Below, piece by piece: positions 20,158 to 29,046 of a DNA stretch of 54,276 nucleotides. The position numbers were made by a program, and so were the translations under genes. The notes under the pieces are model-generated. The model was not told where the DNA came from. It saw only the letters and a program-made list of their open reading frames with translations, and ran no database searches. The stretch's first letter is position 1, and every line of letters begins with the position of its first letter. The DNA is from a virus. Taxonomy: Duplodnaviria > Caudoviricetes. The stretch covers positions 1 to 54,276 of IMG/VR virus record IMGVR_UViG_3300025121_000066. The stretch is one strand, 5' to 3'.

Positions 20158-20538
20158 ATGGAAAATAATTTAAAATTAAATATTAAAGTCAGATTAATTG
20201 GTGAAAAAGAAGTAGAAATTCAATTTGTTAGAATTCATCCAATAATAGTAAAATATGAAATGAGTGTATTTATGATGGATAGGGAAACTGATTACATGTT
20301 TCAAAAATCTGATAATGAATGTAAATTTACAAGTTGGGTGTATATTATGCCTAAAGAGGTAACAGATAAAAATCCTGGAAAATGTAGATATAAATTCAAT
20401 TCAGAAACAGAACGATATAATACAATGAAAAGATTTAGTAAAGCAATAATGAATTTCGCTACTGGATTTCATTTTAAAAATAGAGATAATTCAAATAGTA
20501 GAATATTATATTTTAATGATAATTGGTTTGTATATTAA
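20158..20538 (+). CDS. tandem paralog 3
   Basis: CRYKFNSETERY; ends DNWFVY. Confidence 0.7.
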   Translation: MENNLKLNIKVRLIGEKEVEIQFVRIHPIIVKYEMSVFMMDRETDYMFQKSDNECKFTSWVYIMPKEVTDKNPGKCRYKFNSETERYNTMKRFSKAIMNFATGFHFKNRDNSNSRILYFNDNWFVY

Positions 20539-20544
20539 ATAATT

Positions 20545-20937
20545 ATGATAAAATCTCCTTTAAAAATAGCAATAAAAGTTAAATTACTTGAAGATAATAA
20601 AGTGGCGTTTACTTTACTTCAAATACATTCTAATGTACATAGACATATGTATTCAATATTTTTTACAAATACAAAAGAAGATTTTAGTTTTGAAAAATCT
20701 AATTATACTAGTTATTCAAAATTTAGATTTTTAATGCCATTTAAAGTATTTAAAGATGGTCGGAATGATTGTGTATATCAATTTGATTCAGAAAGAGAAA
20801 GATATGAAAGTATAAATGAACTTAGAAAAAATTTTTTAGAATTTTCAAGATCATTAATATTTAGAGATATTAATGCAAAACCAGGATTAGATAAATATAA
20901 AATACTATATTTTCAAGATGTTTGGTTTTTATATTAA
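20545..20937 (+). CDS. tandem paralog 4
   Basis: CVYQFDSERERY; ends DVWFLY. Confidence 0.7.
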   Translation: MIKSPLKIAIKVKLLEDNKVAFTLLQIHSNVHRHMYSIFFTNTKEDFSFEKSNYTSYSKFRFLMPFKVFKDGRNDCVYQFDSERERYESINELRKNFLEFSRSLIFRDINAKPGLDKYKILYFQDVWFLY

Positions 20938-20944
20938 TATTTAT

Positions 20945-20952
20945 TATCTTTG
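20945..20952 (+). promoter_or_regulatory. Bacteroidota-type -7 box
   Basis: TATCTTTG upstream of a structured non-coding region. Confidence 0.5.
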
Positions 20953-21014
20953 TATCATTAAATTTTAGAATTTTAAGAATATTAACAGCTTATAATATTA
21001 AATATATAGAAGAA

Positions 21015-21180
21015 ACCAATTACATCGGTTCGTAAAGACGATGTAAATAAAAGGAAGGTGAAATCCCTTCTACCATTGATTTAAAAATGAAAAACTTCAA
21101 TGGTGTTTAGTCTGGGAAAGAATTAGAAGTTAAGATAGTTTCAAGCTTCTTCACAAAATTCTTTCCCGACACGAACCAAA
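21015..21180 (+). ncRNA. putative structured ncRNA or 5' leader of unknown class
   Basis: four consecutive hairpins: TTACATCG/CGATGTAA, GAAGG-TGAAATC-CCTTC, ACCATTGA/TCAATGGT, GGGAAAGAATT/AATTCTTTCCC. Confidence 0.5.
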
Positions 21181-21207
21181 CTTTTTAACGTTTTAAATAT
21201 ATAACAA

Positions 21208-21483
21208 TTGAAAAACCAACTTAAATATAATAACGAAACCATTGGAAACTTAAAGGAATATAAATTAGATGATAATGGTAATATGGAAATGTTAAAATTT
21301 CTTATATATGATAAAAGTTGGTATGATATAATTTGGTACAATGGTTTTATTGAACATTTAAAAAAGAGTGTATCTGTTACGTTAGATAAAAACCCAGATT
21401 TAATAGTAATGGAAAATAATAAATTATTTCAAATCGAACTTGTTGAAGATGGAGAATTATATTTGATTTTAAGATTAATGTAA
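21208..21483 (+). CDS. hypothetical protein
   Basis: 91-aa ORF with TTG start. Confidence 0.5.
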   Translation: MKNQLKYNNETIGNLKEYKLDDNGNMEMLKFLIYDKSWYDIIWYNGFIEHLKKSVSVTLDKNPDLIVMENNKLFQIELVEDGELYLILRLM

Positions 21484-21487
21484 AAAT

Positions 21488-21742
21488 ATGAAATTATTAA
21501 TAAACTTTTTAAATTACTTCTATACTAATTTTATTATGGAAGATTGGTCAGATTGGACAAAAACCGGAAAAATATTTATTTATCCTTTTTGGTTAATTCG
21601 TTCAATTGTATATTGGTGTATATCACCTTTATTTATAATCTGGTTTTTGTTAGAAGATACTAAATTTGTAAAATTAATAAAAGAAATTATAAAAGATATA
21701 GAAAATTTTGATGAAGAAAAACTTAAACAAACAATAAAATGA
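21488..21742 (+). CDS. hypothetical membrane protein
   Basis: hydrophobic segment IFIYPFWLIRSIVYWCISPLFIIWFLL. Confidence 0.6.
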   Translation: MKLLINFLNYFYTNFIMEDWSDWTKTGKIFIYPFWLIRSIVYWCISPLFIIWFLLEDTKFVKLIKEIIKDIENFDEEKLKQTIK

Positions 21743-21813
21743 TTTGGTTTAATTATGGTAATTCAAAAAACAAATTGATTTTGTGAAGGTGATTTAGTAA
21801 ACGGATATATAAA

Positions 21814-22014
21814 ATGGAAACAAAATATTCAGATGAAGAAATAATAACTGTGATTAAAAAACTTCAAAAAAATCCAGATATTAATAACAATTTAATACAC
21901 TATAAACTTTTTCATCATATTAACAAAGGTCATTGGATAATAGATATGAATAAAGTATTAGAAAAAAATAGAATAAATCTAAGAAGAAAAAAAATAAATA
22001 AATTAAAAATATGA
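21814..22014 (+). CDS. hypothetical protein with basic C-terminal motif
   Basis: ends LRRKKINKLKI; ATGA overlap with nusG. Confidence 0.55.
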   Translation: METKYSDEEIITVIKKLQKNPDINNNLIHYKLFHHINKGHWIIDMNKVLEKNRINLRRKKINKLKI

Positions 22015-22556
22015 ATGCAAAATGGTATGTAATTAGAACCGTAAACGGAAAAGAAAGAAAAGCTAAAGAAATGCTTGAATTTGAATTACGTGAACGGGGA
22101 TATATGGATAAAATTGAACAAATTGTTATTCCTCTTGAAAAAGTGTTACAAACACGAAAAGGAAAAAAATATGTAATAGAAAAAAATTATTATCCTGGTT
22201 ATATTCTTATTGAAGCTGATCCTAGTATTATAGGTGAATTAAAAGGACTTAATAAAGTAGTTAATTATATTATTGGTTTCTTAGGTGATAATAATCCACA
22301 AGCCTTAAGTCAATCAGAAGTAAATAGAATTTTAGGTAAAATGGATGAATTAACTATGAGTGATAGTGTCATTCTTGATAAATTTATTGTTGGTGAAAAA
22401 GTTAAAATTATTGATGGTCCTTTTCAATCATTTATCGGAACAGTTAATAAAGTTATGGAAGAAAAACAAAAACTCGAACTTATTATTAAAGTGTTCGAAA
22501 GAGAAACTCCAATTGAATTATCTTATGAAAAAGTTAACCGTAATATAACAGTTTAA
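22011..22556 (+). CDS. nusG: transcription termination/antitermination factor NusG
   Basis: KWYVIRTVNGKE, YYPGYILIE, KOW GEKVKIIDGPFQSFIGTV, VFERETPIEL. Confidence 0.95.
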   Translation: MNAKWYVIRTVNGKERKAKEMLEFELRERGYMDKIEQIVIPLEKVLQTRKGKKYVIEKNYYPGYILIEADPSIIGELKGLNKVVNYIIGFLGDNNPQALSQSEVNRILGKMDELTMSDSVILDKFIVGEKVKIIDGPFQSFIGTVNKVMEEKQKLELIIKVFERETPIELSYEKVNRNITV

Positions 22557-22916
22557 ATGCCTGATATCTGTCCATATGAAATGTCACCTGTAAAGACTTT
22601 ATCAATTGATGAACAAAAAAAATTGTTTAAAGTTGGTGAAAAAATATATATAAGACCTAATGGTAAAGAATTTACTAATTATTGGGCGTATTATATGAAC
22701 TTTATGATAAATAAAGGATATTATATATATAAAATAGTTGATTCTTTTAAATTTATAGGTAAAAAATATAAATTACATAAAGATGTTATGGACCATGATT
22801 TAATTATTTATGCTAAAAATGATAGAGATAATGTGTATTATTTCCATTATAAATCGGTATTTCATCCAAATCAACGAATTCCTGATTATAAACCAAGATA
22901 TAAAAAAAATGATTGA
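22557..22916 (+). CDS. hypothetical protein, paralog of next ORF
   Basis: ends YFHYKSVFHPNQRIPDYKPRYKK. Confidence 0.65.
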   Translation: MPDICPYEMSPVKTLSIDEQKKLFKVGEKIYIRPNGKEFTNYWAYYMNFMINKGYYIYKIVDSFKFIGKKYKLHKDVMDHDLIIYAKNDRDNVYYFHYKSVFHPNQRIPDYKPRYKKND

Positions 22917-23286
22917 TTATAAACAATTAAATAAAAAACCTGATTATCTTGAAGATTATCAAATGTCAAAATCTATATATATGACAGTTGATGAACAAGA
23001 AGAATTATTTAAAATAGGTCAAGATATTTATATTAGACACGATGCTAAAAATTATACATATGCTTGGGTAAATGAAATGTACTGTACATTAGGATATAGA
23101 TTCACTATAGAATATATTGGAAGAGTATCAAGTGTGCCTATGTCAAGTTTCTTTGATTATTGTGAATATAATGATTTAATAATTTATATTATTGATAAAA
23201 GTGATCATAAATGGTATTTTCATTATAGATCAATATTTCATCCAAGACAAAGTATACCATCTTATAAACCAAGATATAAAAAATGA
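22909..23286 (+). CDS. hypothetical protein, paralog of previous ORF
   Basis: ends YFHYRSIFHPRQSIPSYKPRYKK; start reassigned to ATG 22909. Confidence 0.65.
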   Translation: MIDYKQLNKKPDYLEDYQMSKSIYMTVDEQEELFKIGQDIYIRHDAKNYTYAWVNEMYCTLGYRFTIEYIGRVSSVPMSSFFDYCEYNDLIIYIIDKSDHKWYFHYRSIFHPRQSIPSYKPRYKK

Positions 23287-23669
23287 TAAAAAGATACGTT
23301 TTTTTAGATGATATTAGATACCCAAAAGATGTATTTAACTATATACCTAACCCTATTTATATTGAGAAAGAATGGGTTATAGTTCGTAGTTATGATGAAT
23401 TTATTAATGATGTTTTAGATAATGGATTAAGTTATCTATATTCTTATGATCACGATTTAGCTGATCAACATTATAATAGTCATTTACTAAAAGTAATAGA
23501 TTATGATAAATTCACAGAAAAAACTGGATATTCTTGTGCTAAATGGTTAGTGAATTATTGTATAGATAATAATAAAGAATTGCCTAAATATCTTTTGCAT
23601 ACAATGAATACCGTTGGTGCAGTTAATATAGATTTGTATTTTAAAAATTATTTAAATCAATTAAGATGA
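23283..23669 (+). CDS. cyclic-phosphate-processing receiver-like domain protein
   Basis: VFLDDIR.P, WVIVRSYDEF, SYDHDL, KTGYSCAKWL, HTMNTVG pattern. Confidence 0.75.
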   Translation: MIKRYVFLDDIRYPKDVFNYIPNPIYIEKEWVIVRSYDEFINDVLDNGLSYLYSYDHDLADQHYNSHLLKVIDYDKFTEKTGYSCAKWLVNYCIDNNKELPKYLLHTMNTVGAVNIDLYFKNYLNQLR

Positions 23670-23869
23670 ATGATATAGACAAATGGAAAAAATTCTTAAA
23701 TAACTTTGGAATGATATACAAAGTTACACATTCTAAAGGTGATAAATTATATAAAGGAGCTACAACAATTGATTTTTTAGCTGATAATAGAAGAAATCAT
23801 GGTCATTTATATTTTGATTTAGCCGAAGATGGTGGAAAATTAAGGTCTAAAACATTAACAATATTTTAA
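23666..23869 (+). CDS. hypothetical protein
   Basis: ATGA-coupled 67-aa ORF. Confidence 0.5.
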   Translation: MNDIDKWKKFLNNFGMIYKVTHSKGDKLYKGATTIDFLADNRRNHGHLYFDLAEDGGKLRSKTLTIF

Positions 23870-23928
23870 CCTATTATTGTTTTATTTTTTATATATTTTT
23901 TGAAAGAAAAACCAAAGAATGAAATAAC

Positions 23929-23959
23929 TTGTGTAATTCAATATTTATTTATATCTTTG
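23929..23959 (+). promoter_or_regulatory. Bacteroidota-type promoter
   Basis: TTG, ~20-nt spacer, TATCTTTG (23952-23959). Confidence 0.6.
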
Positions 23960-23982
23960 CGATGAATTAAAACATTAAGTAT

Positions 23983-24843
23983 ATGAAGATTCAAACATTG
24001 TCGATTGTAGTTCCAACGAAAAAATGTATTAATAATTGTAAAATGTGTGTTTCTAAAATGCACGATAATGATTATGTATATTCACATAAATCTCCTTTTT
24101 ATATAGAAGATTTAAAAAGAAGAATCAATTATGCTGTAATTAATAATGTTGATACAATAATATTAACTGGAACAGGTGAAGCACTACAAAATAAAACATT
24201 TCTATCATTGGTAGATAAAGTATTAAAAGAATTAGGAAATCCCATACCAAGAATCGAATTACAAACTTCAGGTGTATTACTTAATGATAAAAATTTAGAA
24301 TTTTTACGACTTATGGGTGTAACTACAATTAGTTTATCCATAATGGATTTATTTAATGATGAAAGAAATTTAGATATAATGGGTGCTCCACCACACGTTG
24401 AATTCAAATTAGATAATCTTTGTAAAAGCATTTTATCTTTTGGTTTTAATATTAGATTATCATTAAATATGTCAAAAATATATGATAATGTATTAATTCC
24501 AAAATATTTTCAAAGAACTAAGGAATTAGGTGCATCACAAATAACATTTAGAAAATTATATAGTTCTGATGAAACTACAAAAGAAGGACAATGGGTTAAA
24601 GAAAATTCATTTAATGAATTAAGTTTTAAAACATTAAATCAATATATTAAAGATAATGGTAAATCATTATATAGATTGCCATTCGGTGCGATTGTTTATT
24701 CATTAGACGGTATATCATCAATAGTTGATGATGATTGTATGTCAACTGAAACAGAAGTAAGTGAAACACTTAAATATCTTATATTAAGAGAAGACGGAAA
24801 ACTGTATTGTAAGTGGGATAACAACGGATCACTTATATTTTAG
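23983..24843 (+). CDS. radical SAM protein
   Basis: CINNCKMC (CxxxCxxC), ILTGTGEA, IELQTSG. Confidence 0.9.
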   Translation: MKIQTLSIVVPTKKCINNCKMCVSKMHDNDYVYSHKSPFYIEDLKRRINYAVINNVDTIILTGTGEALQNKTFLSLVDKVLKELGNPIPRIELQTSGVLLNDKNLEFLRLMGVTTISLSIMDLFNDERNLDIMGAPPHVEFKLDNLCKSILSFGFNIRLSLNMSKIYDNVLIPKYFQRTKELGASQITFRKLYSSDETTKEGQWVKENSFNELSFKTLNQYIKDNGKSLYRLPFGAIVYSLDGISSIVDDDCMSTETEVSETLKYLILREDGKLYCKWDNNGSLIF

Positions 24844-24853
24844 ATATTAAAAA

Positions 24854-25048
24854 ATGATAAAAGAAATAAAGAAAAAAATAGCATTTTTCATAATAATATT
24901 CATATTGTTATATTTCCTATTAGGTTTACTGAATGAAACATTCATAATAACTAATTGGAGTAAAATTACTATAGATATGCTATATATGTTTTCTTATATT
25001 ATTATATTTATATTTGTATTTGAAATTATTAGTAAAAAATATTTTTAA
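24854..25048 (+). CDS. small membrane protein
   Basis: two hydrophobic helices. Confidence 0.55.
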   Translation: MIKEIKKKIAFFIIIFILLYFLLGLLNETFIITNWSKITIDMLYMFSYIIIFIFVFEIISKKYF

Positions 25049-25059
25049 AAATAAAAATT

Positions 25060-25935
25060 ATGTTAGAAGAAATTAAAGATTATGGTAAAACATTAGGTTT
25101 AATTCGTAATGAATTAGAAAATTATATAGTAAATAATAACCTTAAATCATTAGTATTAGGTATTAGTGGTGGTATCGATAGTGCTTTAGTAGCATCAATT
25201 GCAAAGCCTATTTGTGATTATATAAAAATACCTCTTATCGGAAGAAGTATTTCTATTGATAGTAATAAACAATCTGAAATTGACAGAGCTGATGCTATTG
25301 GTCATTATTTTTGTACAAATTTTAAACATAGAAATTTAACTGATGAATTTATAAAATTATCAGAAATTAATGCTTTTGATGAAGGTGTATTGAATATAGA
25401 TTGGAGTAATAATTTAGCAGATAAAACTCGACTTGGTAATATTAAAGCAAGAATAAGAATGATTTATTTATACCATTTAGCAAGTTTAACTAAAGGAATG
25501 GTATTAGGGACAGAAAATTTAACAGAAGAAAATTTAGGTTTTTTTACTATAGGTGGAGATGAAATATCTGATTATGAACCTATTAAAAAATTATGGAAAA
25601 CTGAAGTATATAATTTATCAGAATGGATTGTAAAAAATGAATTATCTGGTGATAAATCAAAAGTTTTAATGGATTGTATCAAAGCAGATGCAACAGATGG
25701 GTTAGGAATTACTAATACGGATTTAGATCAAATTCTTCCTGATTTTGTAGGAAATAGTAGAGAAGGGTATTTAGAGATAGATAATATATTTAAAAAATAT
25801 TTTGAATTAATCAGTACAAATACAGAAAAGGATAAAATATTAGAATTAGAAAAAACAATAGTGATTCAAAGATATCATAAAACTTCTTTCAAAAGAAAAA
25901 GACCTATTATTATAGAAAGAAATAAAATATTATGA
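25060..25935 (+). CDS. nadE: NH3-dependent NAD+ synthetase
   Basis: VLGISGGIDSA PP-loop, GNIKARIRM, GTENLTE..GFFTIGGD, LWKTEVY. Confidence 0.92.
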   Translation: MLEEIKDYGKTLGLIRNELENYIVNNNLKSLVLGISGGIDSALVASIAKPICDYIKIPLIGRSISIDSNKQSEIDRADAIGHYFCTNFKHRNLTDEFIKLSEINAFDEGVLNIDWSNNLADKTRLGNIKARIRMIYLYHLASLTKGMVLGTENLTEENLGFFTIGGDEISDYEPIKKLWKTEVYNLSEWIVKNELSGDKSKVLMDCIKADATDGLGITNTDLDQILPDFVGNSREGYLEIDNIFKKYFELISTNTEKDKILELEKTIVIQRYHKTSFKRKRPIIIERNKIL

Positions 25936-25938
25936 TTT

Positions 25939-25954
25939 TGTTCCACGTGGAACA
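25939..25954. promoter_or_regulatory. parS: parS-like centromere palindrome
   Basis: perfect TGTTCCACGTGGAACA. Confidence 0.8.
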
Positions 25955-25986
25955 AAAAAGGGAAATCAATCGATTTCCCTTTTTTA
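25955..25986. terminator. bidirectional intrinsic terminator
   Basis: AAAAAGGGAAATC-AATC-GATTTCCCTTTTTT between convergent genes. Confidence 0.8.
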
Positions 25987-25989
25987 ATT

Positions 25990-27396
25990 TTAAATATTTT
26001 CTTCTGATACATCATTATTATTTTTATCTATGTATGTGTTTAATTTATCTGAATATATAGCATCATCTCTTTTAATATATTCTCTACTAAAATCTGAATA
26101 AACATATTTATACATATTTTCTTTAGATATATATTTATTATATTTTTTTAAATAAACACAATCATCATCCATTCTCCATTCTTCTTCATCTCTACACCAA
26201 CGTAAATTCATTTCAGCATAATCTTTAGCAATCCAAACTTTATAATAATCTGAATATATAGAATCTGCTTTAATTCTATAATCGGATCCTATTTCACACC
26301 ATTGTAAATCTATTTCATCAAAAAATTTATTATAATAGTTGACCCATATTTTATACATATCTAATCCACCATTAGTATCTTGTAATACATATTTAGATAT
26401 ATCTCCTGGTAATTCTTTAGCATTATTAGACAAAACATTATAACTTGTATCATAATAAATTAAAGTATCTAAATATGGATAATCTAAAGATTCAGAAGGT
26501 TTCATATCATTAACCGTTAATATCATATTACTTATTGTTCTATCTTCTAATGTATCAATTATAGGTGTATCGGAATCAGATATTTGTAATTTTTTATATA
26601 ACCATCCTTTAATTTTAGCATATTCCTTAAATAATAATATATCACTATCATAATGAGTATAAATTCTATCCATAAATATTCTTCCTTTTGGTTTATCTAA
26701 ATTCCATACTAATGCTCTCCCTTTTATTAAAGTTGGATATTTTACATCATATAATATTAATAATGAAACTTTATTTGGATTTGTTGCATAAAAGTCTATA
26801 TAATCTTCACTCCTTTGACTAGCCATACAAGAATTTTGTAATGCTGATCCATTAACATAAGTATATTGTTTTGAGTTATAATAATATGTAATATCATATC
26901 CTCTTACTAATTCGAATTTTGCTTTAAGTAAATCTATTGATGATTTAAATAAATTTACAAATGTTTCTATATCTTTTCCAGGCATACCATTTGGTTTAAA
27001 TTCATCCGGGAATAATTTATTTATTAATTTACCTACTTTTAATTTAACTCTATTTTTTCTATATACAATAGAATTCTTTTTATTATTATTTTTAATTATA
27101 TTATCTGTTATATCATCTTCTTTTATATTTTTATTTTTAACAAAAAAATCAATAAGTTTGGGAAGTTCAGTTAAAGAAATTAACTCATTATCTTCATCAA
27201 CTAAATCAATATATGTAATTTTTGTTTTAAAATCAGATTTATTTTCTGATTCTAATAATTTAGTTACAATAGGATGCTTATCTTTTAGCATTTTTAAATG
27301 ATCCCTGAACCTTTTAGAGAATAGTAATACTGTTTCTCCATTATTTAACTTTTCTACTATTAAATCGGTTAAATAACCATTAAATGATTTTAACAT
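25990..27396 (-). CDS. large phage protein with SCM...MDRIY domain; paralog of 6949-8628
   Basis: LQNSCM...FYATNPNKVSLLI...GRALVWNLDKPKGRIFMDRIYT...YPYLDTL; C-terminal short YS/WC repeats. Confidence 0.75.
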   Translation of the reverse strand: MLKSFNGYLTDLIVEKLNNGETVLLFSKRFRDHLKMLKDKHPIVTKLLESENKSDFKTKITYIDLVDEDNELISLTELPKLIDFFVKNKNIKEDDITDNIIKNNNKKNSIVYRKNRVKLKVGKLINKLFPDEFKPNGMPGKDIETFVNLFKSSIDLLKAKFELVRGYDITYYYNSKQYTYVNGSALQNSCMASQRSEDYIDFYATNPNKVSLLILYDVKYPTLIKGRALVWNLDKPKGRIFMDRIYTHYDSDILLFKEYAKIKGWLYKKLQISDSDTPIIDTLEDRTISNMILTVNDMKPSESLDYPYLDTLIYYDTSYNVLSNNAKELPGDISKYVLQDTNGGLDMYKIWVNYYNKFFDEIDLQWCEIGSDYRIKADSIYSDYYKVWIAKDYAEMNLRWCRDEEEWRMDDDCVYLKKYNKYISKENMYKYVYSDFSREYIKRDDAIYSDKLNTYIDKNNNDVSEENI

Positions 27397-27518
27397 AATA
27401 CGACTTTATTTATTTTATATTTTTATATATTAAAATAAATAAATATGAATATACTTAATACATATTTTTAAAAAGTTGAAAAAAAATATTAATATATAAA
27501 GAAAAATATTGCTTAATA

Positions 27519-27914
27519 ATGGAATATATAAAATCGTTCGAAGAATATACAAATAATTTAAATGAAGAATTATTTGGATTTAAAAATCTTAAAGATTCAA
27601 TTAATATAATTGAAAAAATGGATGGTAAATCTGATATTAAAAAATTTTTTATAGACTTTTTTGACAAGTATTATGAACACACTAACTTAAGTGTTAAGTG
27701 GTGGAAAACTATAAAACCAATGTTAGAAAAAACAACAAAATTAACAAATGATTTTATGTTAAAAATACTGAGAGAAGCAAAAATAGATTACGAACAAACT
27801 AATGATATTGGTTATTTATATCTTGAAAAAGATACAAATGTATTAAAATATAAACCATCAAATAAAATTAAAACTAAAAATCCACTTTTTAAAGCAAGTG
27901 TTGGTGGTAATTAA
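27519..27914 (+). CDS. hypothetical protein
   Basis: MEYIKSFEEYTNNLNEE N-terminus. Confidence 0.6.
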   Translation: MEYIKSFEEYTNNLNEELFGFKNLKDSINIIEKMDGKSDIKKFFIDFFDKYYEHTNLSVKWWKTIKPMLEKTTKLTNDFMLKILREAKIDYEQTNDIGYLYLEKDTNVLKYKPSNKIKTKNPLFKASVGGN

Positions 27915-28137
27915 CATCCTATTATAATCCCTACAATAACCAATATTAATCCACCGTAAAACATACCCAATGCAAATATTGCACTATCTTCTGATGTTTT
28001 CATAATTCTAGCGAATTTTGGAACACCCATTATTTTAATTATTCTATTATATGTTTTGGATTCTTCTTTTCTTTTTATCATTATTTTTTATTCATTTTTT
28101 AAATATAAAGGTAATAATAATTTATGGAATTATAAAA

Positions 28138-28701
28138 TTATTTTTCAACAAAATATTCATTAATATCTTCGTCTTCTAATTGATCTTCACTTTCAATTAA
28201 ATAATCTGTAAAACAAATAGATACTAATACTGTACCATATTGTTCATTTGGTATCATTGATTGAACAATATAATTTTCTCCTTCCATTGTATAATGTGAA
28301 AAAGATTTGTTTTTAAGTTCTGATAATGATTCTTGTAAAGTTTCTTGTAAAGTTTCTTCGTCATAATATCCACCTCTTTGAACAACAATTCCTCCGATAT
28401 TATTTTCGTTTTTATCGTACAACCAACCGTATGCAATTCCTGCTGAAATCATTTCATCTTTTCTTCCGTCAAATCTACTCATAATACAATTCATAATTGA
28501 ACCAAAATGCAAATTAGTAGGTTGTTCTATTTCTGTTGCTTCTGGTGGTAATATTGAATTAAATTCAATAATATTTAAATTTCCTATTCCTGCATCTCTT
28601 AACGCTAAATAATAACTTCCTGATGTATGGGTATGTCTACTTTCACCACATCCCTGTGTTACAAAAAAACTATGCGGAATAAAATTTTGTATTTTTCTCA
28701 T
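28138..28701 (-). CDS. pyruvoyl-dependent arginine decarboxylase family protein
   Basis: FFVTQGCGES...SYYLALRDAGIGNLNIIEFNSILPP...ISAGIAYG (N-S where the family has the S-S self-cleavage site). Confidence 0.8.
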   Translation of the reverse strand: MRKIQNFIPHSFFVTQGCGESRHTHTSGSYYLALRDAGIGNLNIIEFNSILPPEATEIEQPTNLHFGSIMNCIMSRFDGRKDEMISAGIAYGWLYDKNENNIGGIVVQRGGYYDEETLQETLQESLSELKNKSFSHYTMEGENYIVQSMIPNEQYGTVLVSICFTDYLIESEDQLEDEDINEYFVEK

Positions 28702-28775
28702 ATACTATTTTATATCTTTTTTAATTAGAAGTTTAAAAAATACCATAAAAATAACTTAATATTATATATAAAAAC

Positions 28776-28808
28776 AAAAAAGACCAATTATAAATAATTG
28801 GTCTTTTT
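28776..28808 (-). terminator. intrinsic terminator after RNase P RNA
   Basis: AAAAAGACCAATTA-TAAA-TAATTGGTCTTTTT with T-runs on both strands. Confidence 0.8.
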
Positions 28809-28812
28809 ATTT

Positions 28813-29031
28813 TTGAGAAATGAGCGTAGCCAGAATTCTGTTAATAAAACTAATTAAAGTTTTAAGTGTTATCATTTGTCTATTTGCCCCAACCTTACCA
28901 TTATAGTGTAGCTCACCCACTAAGCTTTTTCGGGTTGCATCCTCGGCAGTACTAACGATTTTAATCTCCTGCCTTCAGCTAAGATGTTCTGAACTTCCTC
29001 TCCGTAGAGCGATAACCCCTCTGTTTCTCAA
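28813..29031 (-). ncRNA. rnpB: RNase P RNA, minimal form (catalytic domain only, S-domain reduced)
   Basis: P1 UUGAGAAA/UUUCUCAA; P2 GUUAUC/GAUAAC; P3 CUC-UACG-GAG; CR-I GAGGAAGUUCAGAA pairs CR-V ACAGAAUUCUGGCUA (P4 with bulged U); P5 CAUC/GAUG-CAA; L15 GGUAA; CR-IV UAGACAAAUGAU; P19. Confidence 0.9.
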
Positions 29032-29046
29032 TTTTAAAAATAAATA

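Noticed and set aside
21015-21180. Cobalamin riboswitch or trans-acting RNase P S-domain
   Set aside because: Only a GGTGAAATCCC T-loop-like motif matches; B12-box and CR-II/CR-III elements not found, so left as an unclassified RNA
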